64,000 bases of DNA from Candidatus Latescibacterota bacterium (GCA_963422735.1 OY730476.1:2944001-3008000), one strand, 5' to 3'. Positions 9,851-20,388 are shown, numbered from the stretch's first letter. Numbers and translations are program-made. The notes: a model not told the origin generated them from the letters alone.

Positions 9851-12226
9851 CTACTCCCCGACTATGGCGTAGTTGGCCTCGCCTTCGACAATGCGCAAGA
9901 GGCGGTTGGCAGGCACTCCTTCCCAAATTTGGCCTTTGCCGCTAGGCCAGCGAACCTCTAATCGCTCCACTTGGTTAGCCTGACCCAATCCCAAGTGCAG
10001 AGCCAGCGCGTTGCTCGAACCAAAACCGTAGCCGCTGGCCACTTGGCCATGGACTTGTCGAGCACCGCAATAAACTACGGCCCGCGCCCCAATGGCGTCG
10101 CGATTACTAGCTGTACCCACCAATTTCAGCCCCAGATAATTGCCGATAGGTCCGTCGTTGCGGTAGAGACTATTGGGCCAGACGTCGGCATCGTAGTGCC
10201 CGCCCAAGCCTGCGTATAGGTCCAGATCGCCATCGGCGTCAAAATCGGCAAAGGTGGCACCGTGCCCCTTGCCCAAATTGCCGACCCTAGCGGCGGACGT
10301 CACTTCGACAAAACGACCGTCACCCTGATTGAGAAAGAGGGCATTTGGCTCGAGCCGGTACATCTCGGGCCCACCGTTAGCCAAGTAGATGTCCGGAAAA
10401 CCGTTGTTGTCTACGTCGCCTAGGCCAATACCCATCGAGCCGAACGAGCGGCCCAAACCCGCCGGGACCGTGATATCCGTGAACGTCCCGTCGCCGTTAT
10501 TAAGGTATAGAAAGGGTCGGTTAGGCTCGATTGCGCGGCCTTCTACCCAGCTATTGAGCACATCCTCGAAAGCACTCATAGTCGAGACGAAAAGGTCGAG
10601 TTCGCCGTCGTTATTAAAATCAAAAAAAAAGGTTACGTAGCCGCCTTCTATGGGGAAAATTACCCCAGCCGGATCTGCTCTGTCCACAAAAGAGCCATCT
10701 GTCCCATTGTGGTAGAGCCGATTGGGCGTACCAATATTTACGGCATAGAGATCCAAATATCCATCTCCATCGTAATCGCCAAAGGCCGTGCCGATGGTCT
10801 TGCTCGAATCCGCTGTTCCCGATGATTGGCCAATATCTTCAAACGTCCCATCTTGCTGGTTGTACCACAAATTATTACGTCCACCATCTCCAATGACCCC
10901 ATTGGCTACATAGAGGTCCAAATACCCGTCTAGATCTACATCGCCCCAAGCGGCAGTAAAGCTGGCCTGGGCCTCGTCTATGCCCGCTCTTTGAGCCACA
11001 TCTACAAAGCGGTCGTCCTCATTGCGATAGAGGGAATTGATTGCTGCGCCTTCCCAAGCGTCTCGGGTCACAAAAAGATCGGCGTCCCCATCGTTATCAA
11101 AATCGGCGGTCGTCCCCCCCCAACCACCTCGCGAATCGTCCAAACCCCAAAGAGGGGCCACATCCTCAAACCGACCCTGCCCTTCGTTGCGGTAGAGGGC
11201 GTGGATACTCTGGATACCGACACTAAAAAGATCTAGATCGCCATCGCCGTCGAAGTCGAGCCAAGCGCTACCCCGACCCCGGTCGCGTTTATCGACGCCG
11301 GCTTGGAACCCAATATCGACGAAGACCAATGCTGGGTTGGCCGACATCTGAACAAAGGGATTGAAGCGGTAGCGCTCGGGCAAGTCCACCGGATAACCGC
11401 CCTGCCGCTCCCAGGCCACTCTGAGCAGCCACAGACTTTTGAGACGTTCGGGATAGTGGTCCAGATTTTGGTCTACTGCCTGCCGTAGCAACGGGATAAC
11501 GTCCCTATGGTCGTCCCAAAACGCGGCTGTGCCTGCCAGCAATGCAACATAACCGTCATCGGAGTAGACTTTGAGCAGAGAGCCAGCTACTTCGACAGCC
11601 TCATTAAATTCGCCTAGTCGTAGTTGAGATTCGAGCAACATCAAGCCCGCGTCTCGATGAGTAGGCACTTGGAGCAGGATCTGGCGACTCAGATCGCAGG
11701 CCTTGCCCAAATCCATAGTAGAAGCCGCTTTCAAAGCTAATTCAGCCAAGAGCAGACGGGCATCCAGGGACTGAGGGTGCTCGCTCAAAACCTGGGCGGC
11801 CACGGCTCGGGCTTCCAAAGCCCTGCCATCAAAGGCCATGAGCCGAGCTTGGAGGATTCGCGCCTCGGGCCGCCAACGTAAATCGGACGGAAGCTGTAGA
11901 AGGGTCAGACGGATGGGATCGGCTTGGCTCAGATCGCGGCTTTCACTTGGGCTACACAGCTCCCACAGGATGTTCTGAGCCCGATTCTTGCGCCCCTGCT
12001 TGAGGCTGATTTCGCTCAAACGAACTAGCGCCATGGTGCTGTCGGGTGCCAGTTCCAATACTTTCTGGAAACGTTCGCCGGCTCGGTCAAGGCGGTCAGA
12101 GTAGAAGTAGCGCAGCCCTTCCTCGTAGAGCTGGTCGCTCTCTGGCTTGGACACTTTGGACTCGGAACAGCTTAAAAATGAAAAAAAAACGAGGACGCCA
12201 ATGCGATCAATAAGTCGATTTGACAT
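9851..12226 (-). CDS. TPR + FG-GAP repeat + ASPIC/UnbV (CRTAC1-family) lipoprotein
   Basis: Lipobox FLSC; repeated DFDGDGDLDL / DYDGDGYLDL motifs; SNRDAIGA..LHLGLG..VRWPSG. Confidence 0.92.
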   Translation of the reverse strand: MSNRLIDRIGVLVFFSFLSCSESKVSKPESDQLYEEGLRYFYSDRLDRAGERFQKVLELAPDSTMALVRLSEISLKQGRKNRAQNILWELCSPSESRDLSQADPIRLTLLQLPSDLRWRPEARILQARLMAFDGRALEARAVAAQVLSEHPQSLDARLLLAELALKAASTMDLGKACDLSRQILLQVPTHRDAGLMLLESQLRLGEFNEAVEVAGSLLKVYSDDGYVALLAGTAAFWDDHRDVIPLLRQAVDQNLDHYPERLKSLWLLRVAWERQGGYPVDLPERYRFNPFVQMSANPALVFVDIGFQAGVDKRDRGRGSAWLDFDGDGDLDLFSVGIQSIHALYRNEGQGRFEDVAPLWGLDDSRGGWGGTTADFDNDGDADLFVTRDAWEGAAINSLYRNEDDRFVDVAQRAGIDEAQASFTAAWGDVDLDGYLDLYVANGVIGDGGRNNLWYNQQDGTFEDIGQSSGTADSSKTIGTAFGDYDGDGYLDLYAVNIGTPNRLYHNGTDGSFVDRADPAGVIFPIEGGYVTFFFDFNNDGELDLFVSTMSAFEDVLNSWVEGRAIEPNRPFLYLNNGDGTFTDITVPAGLGRSFGSMGIGLGDVDNNGFPDIYLANGGPEMYRLEPNALFLNQGDGRFVEVTSAARVGNLGKGHGATFADFDADGDLDLYAGLGGHYDADVWPNSLYRNDGPIGNYLGLKLVGTASNRDAIGARAVVYCGARQVHGQVASGYGFGSSNALALHLGLGQANQVERLEVRWPSGKGQIWEGVPANRLLRIVEGEANYAIVGE

Positions 12227-12257
12227 AGTGTAGCAAGTGATGCGGAGTCTATCTTTG

Positions 12258-13661
12258 TCAGAAAGATGCTTCCAACCAAGCCAGTTTGGTCTCGGCTTGG
12301 GGATAGTCGGGTTCCAGTTCTAGGACCTTCTTGAATAAAGTTTTGGCCTCCCCGTAATTTTTGAGTTGCACTTGGGTTAGGGCCAGAGCATAGTGGGCAT
12401 CAACATAGATGGGAAGATGTGTGTGGGCCCACTCTAGGGTCCGGCGCAGCGCGACATCGGCTTTCTGGTAGTTTTTGCTCAATAACAAGGAGCGGCCTAG
12501 GCCAAAGACGGCATGCACCGAAGTAGAGTCGAGAGCAATAGCCTCTTCAAAAGATTCCTGGGCCGCAGCAAAATCCCTCTCGAGGAGACGGGTTTCCCCC
12601 AATAGCGAATGAGCTTCCACATGTTCGGGCTCTAAGCCGAGGATCCGTTCCAAGAGGAGACGAGCACTTTGCGGGTCATTTACTTGTAAATGAACAATAC
12701 ACAAGCTGAGGTACGCGTCAACAAAAGAAGAATCGATTTCTATAGCTTGGGAGAAAGAGGTAATTGCCTGCTCTAGTTTACCTTTGAGCAGGTCAATTTG
12801 TCCCTGGTCATAGTGGCGCTTGGCCATGCTCAGACGCTGGTAAATTCGTAGCGCTTTGGCCGCTTCGTCGGCTCTTTCCATCCGGTTGAGGACTTGGTGA
12901 TGCAAATAGTGGGCTTGGGCGTGACGCGGCTCCCGAGCGATGGCTTGTTCTAGGGCAGACACGGCTTCTCGATGTCTCCCCGCTTGGGTTTGCAAGGTGG
13001 CCAAGGCGACGAGGGCGGCTACATGCTGAGGTGCCAGCACCAACAGTTTTTTGTATCCAGCCTCGGCTTCGGCGGGTCTATCACTGCGCCCGAGCAATTC
13101 GCTGCGGTGGTAGAGAGCATCTACGAAATCAGGCTCCAAGTCCAGGGCTGCTTCAAAGGCGGCAATGGCCCCGTCGAAATCTGCCGTAGCTCTCAGAGAT
13201 TTACCGAGTTGATAGCGATAGAACGCCTTTTCTGGTTCCAGCTCAATTGCGCGCTTATAATGGAGTATCGCCTCGGGGTAGCGGTGGTCGGCACTAAGAG
13301 CATCCCCCAAGACAAAGCGAAAAGAGCCATTGAGCGAATCGAGTTCCACAGCCCATTGGAGGGGGGGAATAGCCAGCCCGTACTCACCTAGGTGAACGTG
13401 GGCTAGCCCCCAGTTAAAGTGGACTGAGGGGAGTTTGGGGACCCGTTTTACAGCTTGGTGCAGAACGGTCAGAGCTTTGCGCGGCTGGCCCTTTTTTATA
13501 AAGAAAGCCCCTCGGTTCACCAATCGTACACCTTCTGGATCCTGCGCTGGTGGGCGTACCTTTTCGGGAGGAGTATGGGTATCAGTGCTGCAAGCATACA
13601 GGAGTAGGACACTCCAAAAGGTGCAGCAGCGGTGAATAGACATCGCGGATTCAATGTGCAT
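12258..13661 (-). CDS. Tetratricopeptide repeat lipoprotein
   Basis: LLLYAC lipobox-like motif followed by many TPR units (AIELEP, ALDLEP, VLELEP). Confidence 0.9.
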   Translation of the reverse strand: MHIESAMSIHRCCTFWSVLLLYACSTDTHTPPEKVRPPAQDPEGVRLVNRGAFFIKKGQPRKALTVLHQAVKRVPKLPSVHFNWGLAHVHLGEYGLAIPPLQWAVELDSLNGSFRFVLGDALSADHRYPEAILHYKRAIELEPEKAFYRYQLGKSLRATADFDGAIAAFEAALDLEPDFVDALYHRSELLGRSDRPAEAEAGYKKLLVLAPQHVAALVALATLQTQAGRHREAVSALEQAIAREPRHAQAHYLHHQVLNRMERADEAAKALRIYQRLSMAKRHYDQGQIDLLKGKLEQAITSFSQAIEIDSSFVDAYLSLCIVHLQVNDPQSARLLLERILGLEPEHVEAHSLLGETRLLERDFAAAQESFEEAIALDSTSVHAVFGLGRSLLLSKNYQKADVALRRTLEWAHTHLPIYVDAHYALALTQVQLKNYGEAKTLFKKVLELEPDYPQAETKLAWLEASF

Positions 13662-13797
13662 ATGGCTCGGAGTTCCCTACCTGATGGCCACCCGTATTCC
13701 CGCTGATAGAAGACCTGTCTGCCGCTACTGCTGTCGAACAGACCAGTTGGGGGCATATCAAGGCCGGTTTCGACCGCTAAGGGTTTCGGTTTAGCCG

Positions 13798-15807
13798 TTG
13801 CAAAGTCTCCTGGGATTGCGTCTATCCTACCTAACTGCCATACGCGACGCCCCCTATTTCCACACTCTTGTCATAGACGCCTTCGAATACGATCACTTGG
13901 CCACCCAAATCCTGCAGGGAAACTGGCTCTTCGACCCGGCAGTGGACACGTACGTACATGGTCCCCTCTACCCCTACCTACTCGCCCTGCTCAAAGGAAT
14001 CGGCTTCGACCATTTGGGCATTCTCCTGTTCCAAGCCGTGATAGGCGCGCTTATCTGCGTCCTGCTCCACCGCGTAGCCAGCTACCTTTTTCCCCATCCC
14101 ATCCCTTTGGTCGCCGGTTTGCTGGCGGCCGGGTACTGGCCCTTCGTCTTTTACAACGGCCAACTCCTGGCCACTACATTGGTCATTCTCGTCGAATTGG
14201 GCTTGGCGGTCCTCCTTCTGCACTATGCGCCCAATCTGACCTACGGCAGCGCAGTCGGTGCCGGAATTCTGCTGGGCCTGCTGGTCATGGGACGCAACAA
14301 CACCCTGCTGCTACTGCCCTTGCTCTTGGGGTGGGTATACCAAAGCGCCAGTGGCCTTCCCAAGCACCGGGGTACCTTGGTCCTAGCTTTTTCCCTGACC
14401 TTCTTCCTCATTCTTTGCCCTTTTTTTTTGCGCAACTATCTGGTCCAAAGCACACCCATACCCTTCCAAGGCGGCTTCAGCTTCTATTTAGGCACCAATC
14501 CCGAAGCCGACGGCACCCCTTACGCACGCCAAGGATCTCATTTTCAACGTCTCGAACTCATGCCTCTCCAACGAGGATTTGACACTCCAGCGGCAAAAGG
14601 AGCCTTTTACACCACTGAAGGCCTGCGATTTATTTACCGCGATCCTCTGGCCTATCTCCATCTGCTCTATCGCAAATTTCGGCTTTTCTGGAATGCTTTT
14701 GAAATCCCAGTAAGTGCGGACCTGCGCTACTACGAGACCCACTTTCCGCTTTATCGGCTTTTTTTGCTCAACTTTGGCCTAGTAGTGCCTTTTGCCTTAG
14801 TAGGCATATTGTGGCATTGGCGATGGACCTCCGCCTATATCCTGCCGCTCCTCTTCGTTCTAGCCTACCTATCCACCGGGCTCTTATTCTCTGTGTGCGC
14901 TCGCTACCGTTTGCCCGCCCTGCCCTTTTTACTAATCTTTGCCGCTGCTGGAATTTGGCACCTGAAAGAACTGCTGAACGCCCGAGCCGCTCCACGCCTT
15001 GGCGCTTTTCTGCTGCTGCTGGTAGCTGCCTTCGCCCTAGTGCATACTGGGGTCGAGTCCCGGCAGGTGGACCATTTGCGCTCTCCTTGGCTGCTGGGCC
15101 ATACTCAATTACACAACAAACAATACGACCAAGCCGTACAGACCTATACGCAGGGCCTAGAGCAATTTCCCAACGACTCCGACCTCTACAACAGCTTGGG
15201 CGTGGCCTACCAGTATCTAGGCAAATTTGACGAAGCCGAAGAGGCCTTCCTGCGAGCAGTAGAGCTAGTCCCAGATCACGCCAAACCCTGGCTTAATTTG
15301 GGCAAACTCTACCTTAGTCAACGACGTTTGGAGCAAGCGCGGTACGCCTTAGAGCAAAGCCTAAAACACGATCCCCGACCAGCCAATGCCCACCCGGCGT
15401 ATCACAATCTGGGTTATGTCTTCTTGTTCCAAAAAGACTTTCAACAATCCCGCCAAGCCTTTGAACGGGCACTGCATAACAGAGAGAGTGCCCAGACCTA
15501 TTACAGTCTCTCCCACGTCTTTTCCAATCTAAATCTGGCAGATGAACAAATCTACGCCCTCAAACAAGCCGTCCGGATCGAGCCCAACTTTGTCCCTGCT
15601 CATCGGAACTTGGGCGTACTCTATATGCAACAGGGATCCTACGAGGCCGCGGAAAGGTCCCTACTCCAGGTCATCAAATACGATTCCCAATCGATCACAG
15701 CCCATCGCAATTTGGGTATCCTCTACGAGAGAATGGGGCGAACGGAACATGCCCGCCTAGCTCGTGCCCGAGCAGATCAACTGCAGCACTCAGGTGCTAC
15801 CTATTAA
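13798..15807 (+). CDS. GT-C fold (PMT/ArnT-like) membrane glycosyltransferase with C-terminal TPRs
   Basis: Multi-TM N-half with DAFEYD, PLYPYLLA, GGFSFYLGTNP and ARYRLP motifs; TPR C-terminus. Confidence 0.8.
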   Translation: MQSLLGLRLSYLTAIRDAPYFHTLVIDAFEYDHLATQILQGNWLFDPAVDTYVHGPLYPYLLALLKGIGFDHLGILLFQAVIGALICVLLHRVASYLFPHPIPLVAGLLAAGYWPFVFYNGQLLATTLVILVELGLAVLLLHYAPNLTYGSAVGAGILLGLLVMGRNNTLLLLPLLLGWVYQSASGLPKHRGTLVLAFSLTFFLILCPFFLRNYLVQSTPIPFQGGFSFYLGTNPEADGTPYARQGSHFQRLELMPLQRGFDTPAAKGAFYTTEGLRFIYRDPLAYLHLLYRKFRLFWNAFEIPVSADLRYYETHFPLYRLFLLNFGLVVPFALVGILWHWRWTSAYILPLLFVLAYLSTGLLFSVCARYRLPALPFLLIFAAAGIWHLKELLNARAAPRLGAFLLLLVAAFALVHTGVESRQVDHLRSPWLLGHTQLHNKQYDQAVQTYTQGLEQFPNDSDLYNSLGVAYQYLGKFDEAEEAFLRAVELVPDHAKPWLNLGKLYLSQRRLEQARYALEQSLKHDPRPANAHPAYHNLGYVFLFQKDFQQSRQAFERALHNRESAQTYYSLSHVFSNLNLADEQIYALKQAVRIEPNFVPAHRNLGVLYMQQGSYEAAERSLLQVIKYDSQSITAHRNLGILYERMGRTEHARLARARADQLQHSGATY

Positions 15808-15890
15808 CTTGGCTTGGTAGGCATCGAGTTGTCGCCGTCGATCTGCGACAGAGGCGCGAGGGGCGAAACACCTACGAAAACTAAGGGGTT

Positions 15891-16060
15891 TCAAAAGCGG
15901 ATGGTAAAACGGGTCGGGTCGTCTGGAGGGCTTTCGAGGGAAAAGGCAAAATCGTGCCGGCTCAAAATCTCCTGGACCAATGTCAGGCCGAGGCCGCGCT
16001 GGTTTTCCTTGGTGCTGAAAACCTGTTCGTCATTATCCAACTCCAGTACAACAATCGGCT
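15891..16060 (-). pseudogene. Histidine kinase HATPase_c C-terminal fragment
   Basis: VFSTKENQRGLGLTLVQEILSRH..TRFTIRF* (F/G2 boxes) without the rest of a kinase. Confidence 0.75.
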
Positions 16061-16071
16061 CAGCCGACGAA

Positions 16072-16323
16072 TCATCGAACGACAGACGGGCGGGCAAGGG
16101 GTTCATGAATTTCCAGCCCGGCAACCGATTGGATATCGGGCAGTCCTTCCGTCAACTCCGCACCGATCGGAAACCGTATCAGCATAGGCTGGAAGAGATC
16201 CTCTACGGAATCCTCGCGCACGGATTCCATGGTCTCTGTGATACTCTCTGCGCCAGCCAGTCCATAACTGAACGCGGTGGCGACGAGAGCGATTATAGTG
16301 ATTGCAGATTTGATCGATTTCAT
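16072..16323 (-). pseudogene. Truncated exported protein
   Basis: RBS GAGGAGG plus signal peptide MKSIKSAITIIALVATAFSYGLAGA; runs into the kinase fragment. Confidence 0.4.
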
Positions 16324-16392
16324 GGCATCCTCCTCTGGGATGTGTGGGGTGCGTTTGGGTTTGGTTCGGACTTCAGACAGCCACATTCCGAC

Positions 16393-16640
16393 TCATTTGT
16401 GGTGAAGCACCTCGACCGGCCGTATCCGGCAGGCCAGCCGCGCTGCGTTCAAGTCCAGTTCGACGATAGGCTGCCCCTGCTGCAACATGGCTCTTAGCTT
16501 TTGCAGGATGCGTACCAGCCGCGTATTAATGGGGCTAAAGATGATCTGCTCGAACTGGGGTGCCACCGTGCCCGAAGCAGTAATCGTCTCTCCCACCGCT
16601 CCCCCCTGTACCTGCGCGGTGCGAATGCGGACAGTTGGGA
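16393..16640 (-). pseudogene. HlyD/RND periplasmic adaptor N-terminal fragment
   Basis: RIRTAQVQGGAVGETITASGTVAPQFEQIIFSPINTRLVRIL..GQPIVELD. Confidence 0.7.
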
Positions 16641-16650
16641 TAAAAAAAGA

Positions 16651-16677
16651 AAGGGCGTCCACAAGGGACGCCCCTAC
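16651..16677 (-). repeat. GTAG-type REP element
   Basis: Minus strand GTAGGGGCGTCCCTTGTGGACGCCCTT: GTAG head plus an 8-bp stem. Confidence 0.75.
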
Positions 16678-16722
16678 GGACGCGATAGAAAACGAAATCG
16701 GTGCGGAAATCCCGGGGGTACC

Positions 16723-17526
16723 CTATTCGGCCCGGGCGACCCAATGGCGGAGCAAGGGCTGAACAGGGGCGGGCAACTCGGCGAAAACACCGACCGGTAG
16801 CGGCGGCACGGCGTTTTCCTTAATGCCGGTTTCTTCGGACAGGCGGCGGCGCTCGTCGGAGCCGGGACGCAGGACTTCGACATTGAGCCACCAAGGGGCG
16901 TAGCGCACGACTATACAGGTGCGGGGTTGGGGCGAGCGGTTGGGTGCTGTCGCGTGCCACAGGCGGCTGTCGAGTACCAGCACGCTGCCGGCTGGACTGC
17001 AGGCGTTTACTTCCGTGGGATAAGGGGCCAGCGGATCGACGCCATTGTCGCCGGTGGGATTGTTCGGGGATCGGTGGCTACCGGGGACGAGGAGGGTACC
17101 GCCGTTTTCCTCGGTGAAAGGTGCCAGCATCCACAAGGTGGTCAAGTGGACCGTCACATCGGGATACGGCGCGGGGATGTAGCCGGCGTTGCTCTGGTTA
17201 AAGGGCCAGTCGGCGTGCCAGCCGCCGCGCTCGTTGCCTGGGTGGTTGATCGTGCCGGTAGTGAAGGAGATGCGCGGATGCGGCCCTAGCATCGCGCTGA
17301 CCAAGGCGAGGAGATTTTCATCAGCAAGAAAAGGCGCAAAAGACTGGTCGAAATTGATCATGCCCGGTAGATGGCCGATGCCGGGTGGAGCTACGGGATT
17401 GCGGTGCGCCGCGACCGTGGCCTCGACGCTGCCGCGCACATGCTCAATCTGGTCGGCTGGAATGATGCCTTCGAGCACGCACCAGCCGTTTATTTTTAGG
17501 TGCTGAAGCAGTAGTTCTAATTGCAT
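16723..17526 (-). CDS. Phytanoyl-CoA dioxygenase (PhyH) family protein
   Basis: GGWHADWP (HxD), NGGTLLVPGSH, RLWHATAPN; RBS AAGGAG before ATG 17526. Confidence 0.9.
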   Translation of the reverse strand: MQLELLLQHLKINGWCVLEGIIPADQIEHVRGSVEATVAAHRNPVAPPGIGHLPGMINFDQSFAPFLADENLLALVSAMLGPHPRISFTTGTINHPGNERGGWHADWPFNQSNAGYIPAPYPDVTVHLTTLWMLAPFTEENGGTLLVPGSHRSPNNPTGDNGVDPLAPYPTEVNACSPAGSVLVLDSRLWHATAPNRSPQPRTCIVVRYAPWWLNVEVLRPGSDERRRLSEETGIKENAVPPLPVGVFAELPAPVQPLLRHWVARAE

Positions 17527-17681
17527 AAGCTCGCTCCTTGTCATCGGTTATAATAATAGAATAGACTTTTGTCGGGGCGGCAATGGACATTCGTAGCAAG
17601 AAGGTCGCTTGACAGTGAAAGGGTGGTCGTGGAATTTGGAGCCGGTGTAGAGCGAATGCTACTTTTTTTGGGGACCGGCGG

Positions 17682-18545
17682 ATGAGTATGGAAGGGACAC
17701 TGCCCCTCTGGTTATTGCTGCCGTTGCTGATGGAATTCGGCTTTGGGCAGTTGTTCAAATGGGCCACGCAACAGCGTTGCTACGCCCCAACCGTGGTATC
17801 AACCAATTATTGGGTCCTAGCTTCCATTCTGCTGCTCTATCTGGGATTCACAGGACAATTGCAAATACCGGCCGCCGCGGTGAAGGTAGGCGCGATCACC
17901 GGCACTGTCTTCATTAGCTCCATGCTGTTGATGACGCGCTTATTGCGGACCTTTCGCGTGGCTTCGGTGTTGACCGCTTTCCGCTTGGCCATCGTCGTGC
18001 CGGTGGGTCTGGGCGTACTGCTGTGGGACGAGCCGCTGGGCGGCCTCCAACTAGTGGGCTTGGCATTGGCATTGGCGGCCGTTTTGTTGATGTCGCGGCA
18101 CACTGGCCACCAGACCGATGTTTCGCGCTGGATCGCCACCGGGCTGTTGATATTGGTTTTCAGTATCCAAGGGATGAGTACCTCTTGTCTGCGCTGGGTG
18201 CATTACGCCGGCTTGGACGATGCGTATTTACAAGTGCTCATGGTCATCGGCTTTACCGCCGGGACCCTTGGTGCCACCGCGTTGTTATGGGAGGCGCGTC
18301 AGCGCATTCGGCGATTCGATTTGGCGGTGGGGGCCGGCATCGGGGTGTACAATCTGCTCGCCTTAATGGCCGTCTTGATCTCTCTCAAGCACGTGCCGGG
18401 CACGGTATTTTTCCCACTGGTGGGCTGCGGCACCGTCATTTTGGACAATGTGACGGCACCGCTGTTGTGGAAAGAGCCCATCAGTCGAGCGGCCGTTTTA
18501 GGCGTGGGCGCGGGTGTGTTAGCTGTATTCTTGGTAGCTCAATGA
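17682..18545 (+). CDS. EamA/DMT family transporter
   Basis: About 10 TM helices in two halves ending LLWDEP / LLWKEP. Confidence 0.85.
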   Translation: MSMEGTLPLWLLLPLLMEFGFGQLFKWATQQRCYAPTVVSTNYWVLASILLLYLGFTGQLQIPAAAVKVGAITGTVFISSMLLMTRLLRTFRVASVLTAFRLAIVVPVGLGVLLWDEPLGGLQLVGLALALAAVLLMSRHTGHQTDVSRWIATGLLILVFSIQGMSTSCLRWVHYAGLDDAYLQVLMVIGFTAGTLGATALLWEARQRIRRFDLAVGAGIGVYNLLALMAVLISLKHVPGTVFFPLVGCGTVILDNVTAPLLWKEPISRAAVLGVGAGVLAVFLVAQ

Positions 18546-18570
18546 AACGAAGCGACGAGGAGTGTGAATT

Positions 18571-19710
18571 GTGAGCAAGCACTATAAGGCCGGAGTTATC
18601 GGGCGCACGGGTGCAGGCGACTACGGCCACGGCCTAGAAACCGTTTACCGAGGCTTGGAGCAAGTGGATTTGGTCGCTGTGGCCGACCCCGATCCCGAGG
18701 GCCGGGCCGCGGCTGGCGAACGCACGGGTGCCCAGCGGCTCTATGCCGATTACCGCCAGATGCTCGCCGAGGAAGATTTGGATCTGGTTAGCGTCTGTCC
18801 GCGGATGCCCGACTGCCACGCCGAGATGGTCATCGCCTGCGCCGAGGCCGGGGTACGAGGCGTGTTTATCGAGAAGCCGCTGGCAGCCTCTCTGCGCGAA
18901 GCCGACGCCCTCTTGGCGACCTGTCAGGAGCGCGGCGTCAAGACCGCGGTGGCACACCGGCGCGCCAATCCCTACGAGCAGTACGGCAAAAAGCTGGTTG
19001 ATGAGGGGGCTATCGGCCAGCTACAAGTGCTGCGCAGCCACGGCAAGTCCGACCACCGGGCCGGATCTCAGGATTTGATGGTCTTGGGCACTCACATGAT
19101 GGACAGTATGCGCTACTTCGCCGGGGCCGAGGTGGCTTGGGCCCACGGACACGTTACGCAGGATGGGCGCGAGGTGACTTTAGAAGATGTGCGGGAAGGG
19201 GACGAGCGCATCGGCTTGATCGCCGGCAACGGGGTGGCGGCGTACTACGCTTTTGAGAATGGGGTGACGGCGCATTTTGAATCGCAACCGGGCTATCCAG
19301 CCACAGGGATCAACAGCCGCTGGTTCGGTTTTGAGGCGCACGGCAGTGAAGGCATTATCGCCCTGCGCAATTCGCCCAACGGCGAGATGTACATCTATCG
19401 CCAAGGTTTGTGGATCCCCGGCGAGGAAAACGGCTCTTGGGAACGGGTGCTGTTGGACGAGTGGGAACAGTACTCGGCGGGCGAGCGTACGCACCAGAGC
19501 AATTTGATTATTGTGCGGGAGTTGATCCAAGCCATTGAGGAGGACCGCCCAGTGCGGGCCTGTTCCAGCGGCGATGACGGGCGAGCGGCGCTGGAAATGA
19601 TCATGGCGGTACACGAGTCGCAGCGGTTGGGTACGCGGGTGTCCTTACCTTTGGCGAACCGGGGGAACCCCTATGAGACTTGGCGGCAGCATGGGGGAAA
19701 GGCGACATAG
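18571..19710 (+). CDS. Gfo/Idh/MocA family oxidoreductase
   Basis: LVAVAD..LYADYRQMLAEEDLDLVSVC..IEKPLA..GTHMMD. Confidence 0.92.
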   Translation: MSKHYKAGVIGRTGAGDYGHGLETVYRGLEQVDLVAVADPDPEGRAAAGERTGAQRLYADYRQMLAEEDLDLVSVCPRMPDCHAEMVIACAEAGVRGVFIEKPLAASLREADALLATCQERGVKTAVAHRRANPYEQYGKKLVDEGAIGQLQVLRSHGKSDHRAGSQDLMVLGTHMMDSMRYFAGAEVAWAHGHVTQDGREVTLEDVREGDERIGLIAGNGVAAYYAFENGVTAHFESQPGYPATGINSRWFGFEAHGSEGIIALRNSPNGEMYIYRQGLWIPGEENGSWERVLLDEWEQYSAGERTHQSNLIIVRELIQAIEEDRPVRACSSGDDGRAALEMIMAVHESQRLGTRVSLPLANRGNPYETWRQHGGKAT

Positions 19711-19980
19711 GGCACTGTGACCCTTGCCAGAAAAATGCATACTAGGCGTGTTAGAACTCAGAAGAACCGTTCTATTTCTATCTATTACAATGGGTTATGT
19801 AAAATGATCCAATCTCTAGGTATTGATTGTGACTGTTCACACAGATACGTACCTCCGGGTCAGATAAGGGCGATTGCCCGAACCAATTGTTCGGGTACAA
19901 AAGCTATACGCACACAGTTAAGTTCGTAGGCTCATAAACTATCTGTGAAGGTATTAGGCAGAGCTTTTAGGAGATGTCAA

Positions 19981-20388
19981 ATGAAAGATCAGCTAGATAG
20001 CGTGAGATGTTTTCATGAGGTATTCCAAGGCTATATAGAGCGCATTCCTACGGCAAAGGTGCCGGCGGAGATAAGCGAAGGGCGTATCAAGATTTTTTTG
20101 GAGGAGCTAGCAGAGTATCGAGCGGCCGTAAATAACCAAGACATAGTCGAGATCGCAGACGCCCTTACAGACATGCTTTACGTACTGCTGGGTACGTTCA
20201 TTACTCATGGTCTGCAGGACATTGCTGGAGAACTTTTTAATGAAGTCCACCGAAGCAACATGAGCAAGCTAGACGAGCAGGGTAAGCCGATATTCAGAAA
20301 GGACGGCAAAGTGTTGAAGTCAGATCAGTTTTCAGATCCGGATTTGCGCTCGATCATAGCGAAAATTGGTCAAGTTGAGTCAGGATGA
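19981..20388 (+). CDS. MazG-like/PRA-PH nucleoside triphosphate pyrophosphohydrolase (candidate cassette gene)
   Basis: EELAEY..VEIADALTDMLYV..EVHRSNMSKL..DGKVLK; RBS AGGAG; lower GC than flanks. Confidence 0.9.
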   Translation: MKDQLDSVRCFHEVFQGYIERIPTAKVPAEISEGRIKIFLEELAEYRAAVNNQDIVEIADALTDMLYVLLGTFITHGLQDIAGELFNEVHRSNMSKLDEQGKPIFRKDGKVLKSDQFSDPDLRSIIAKIGQVESG

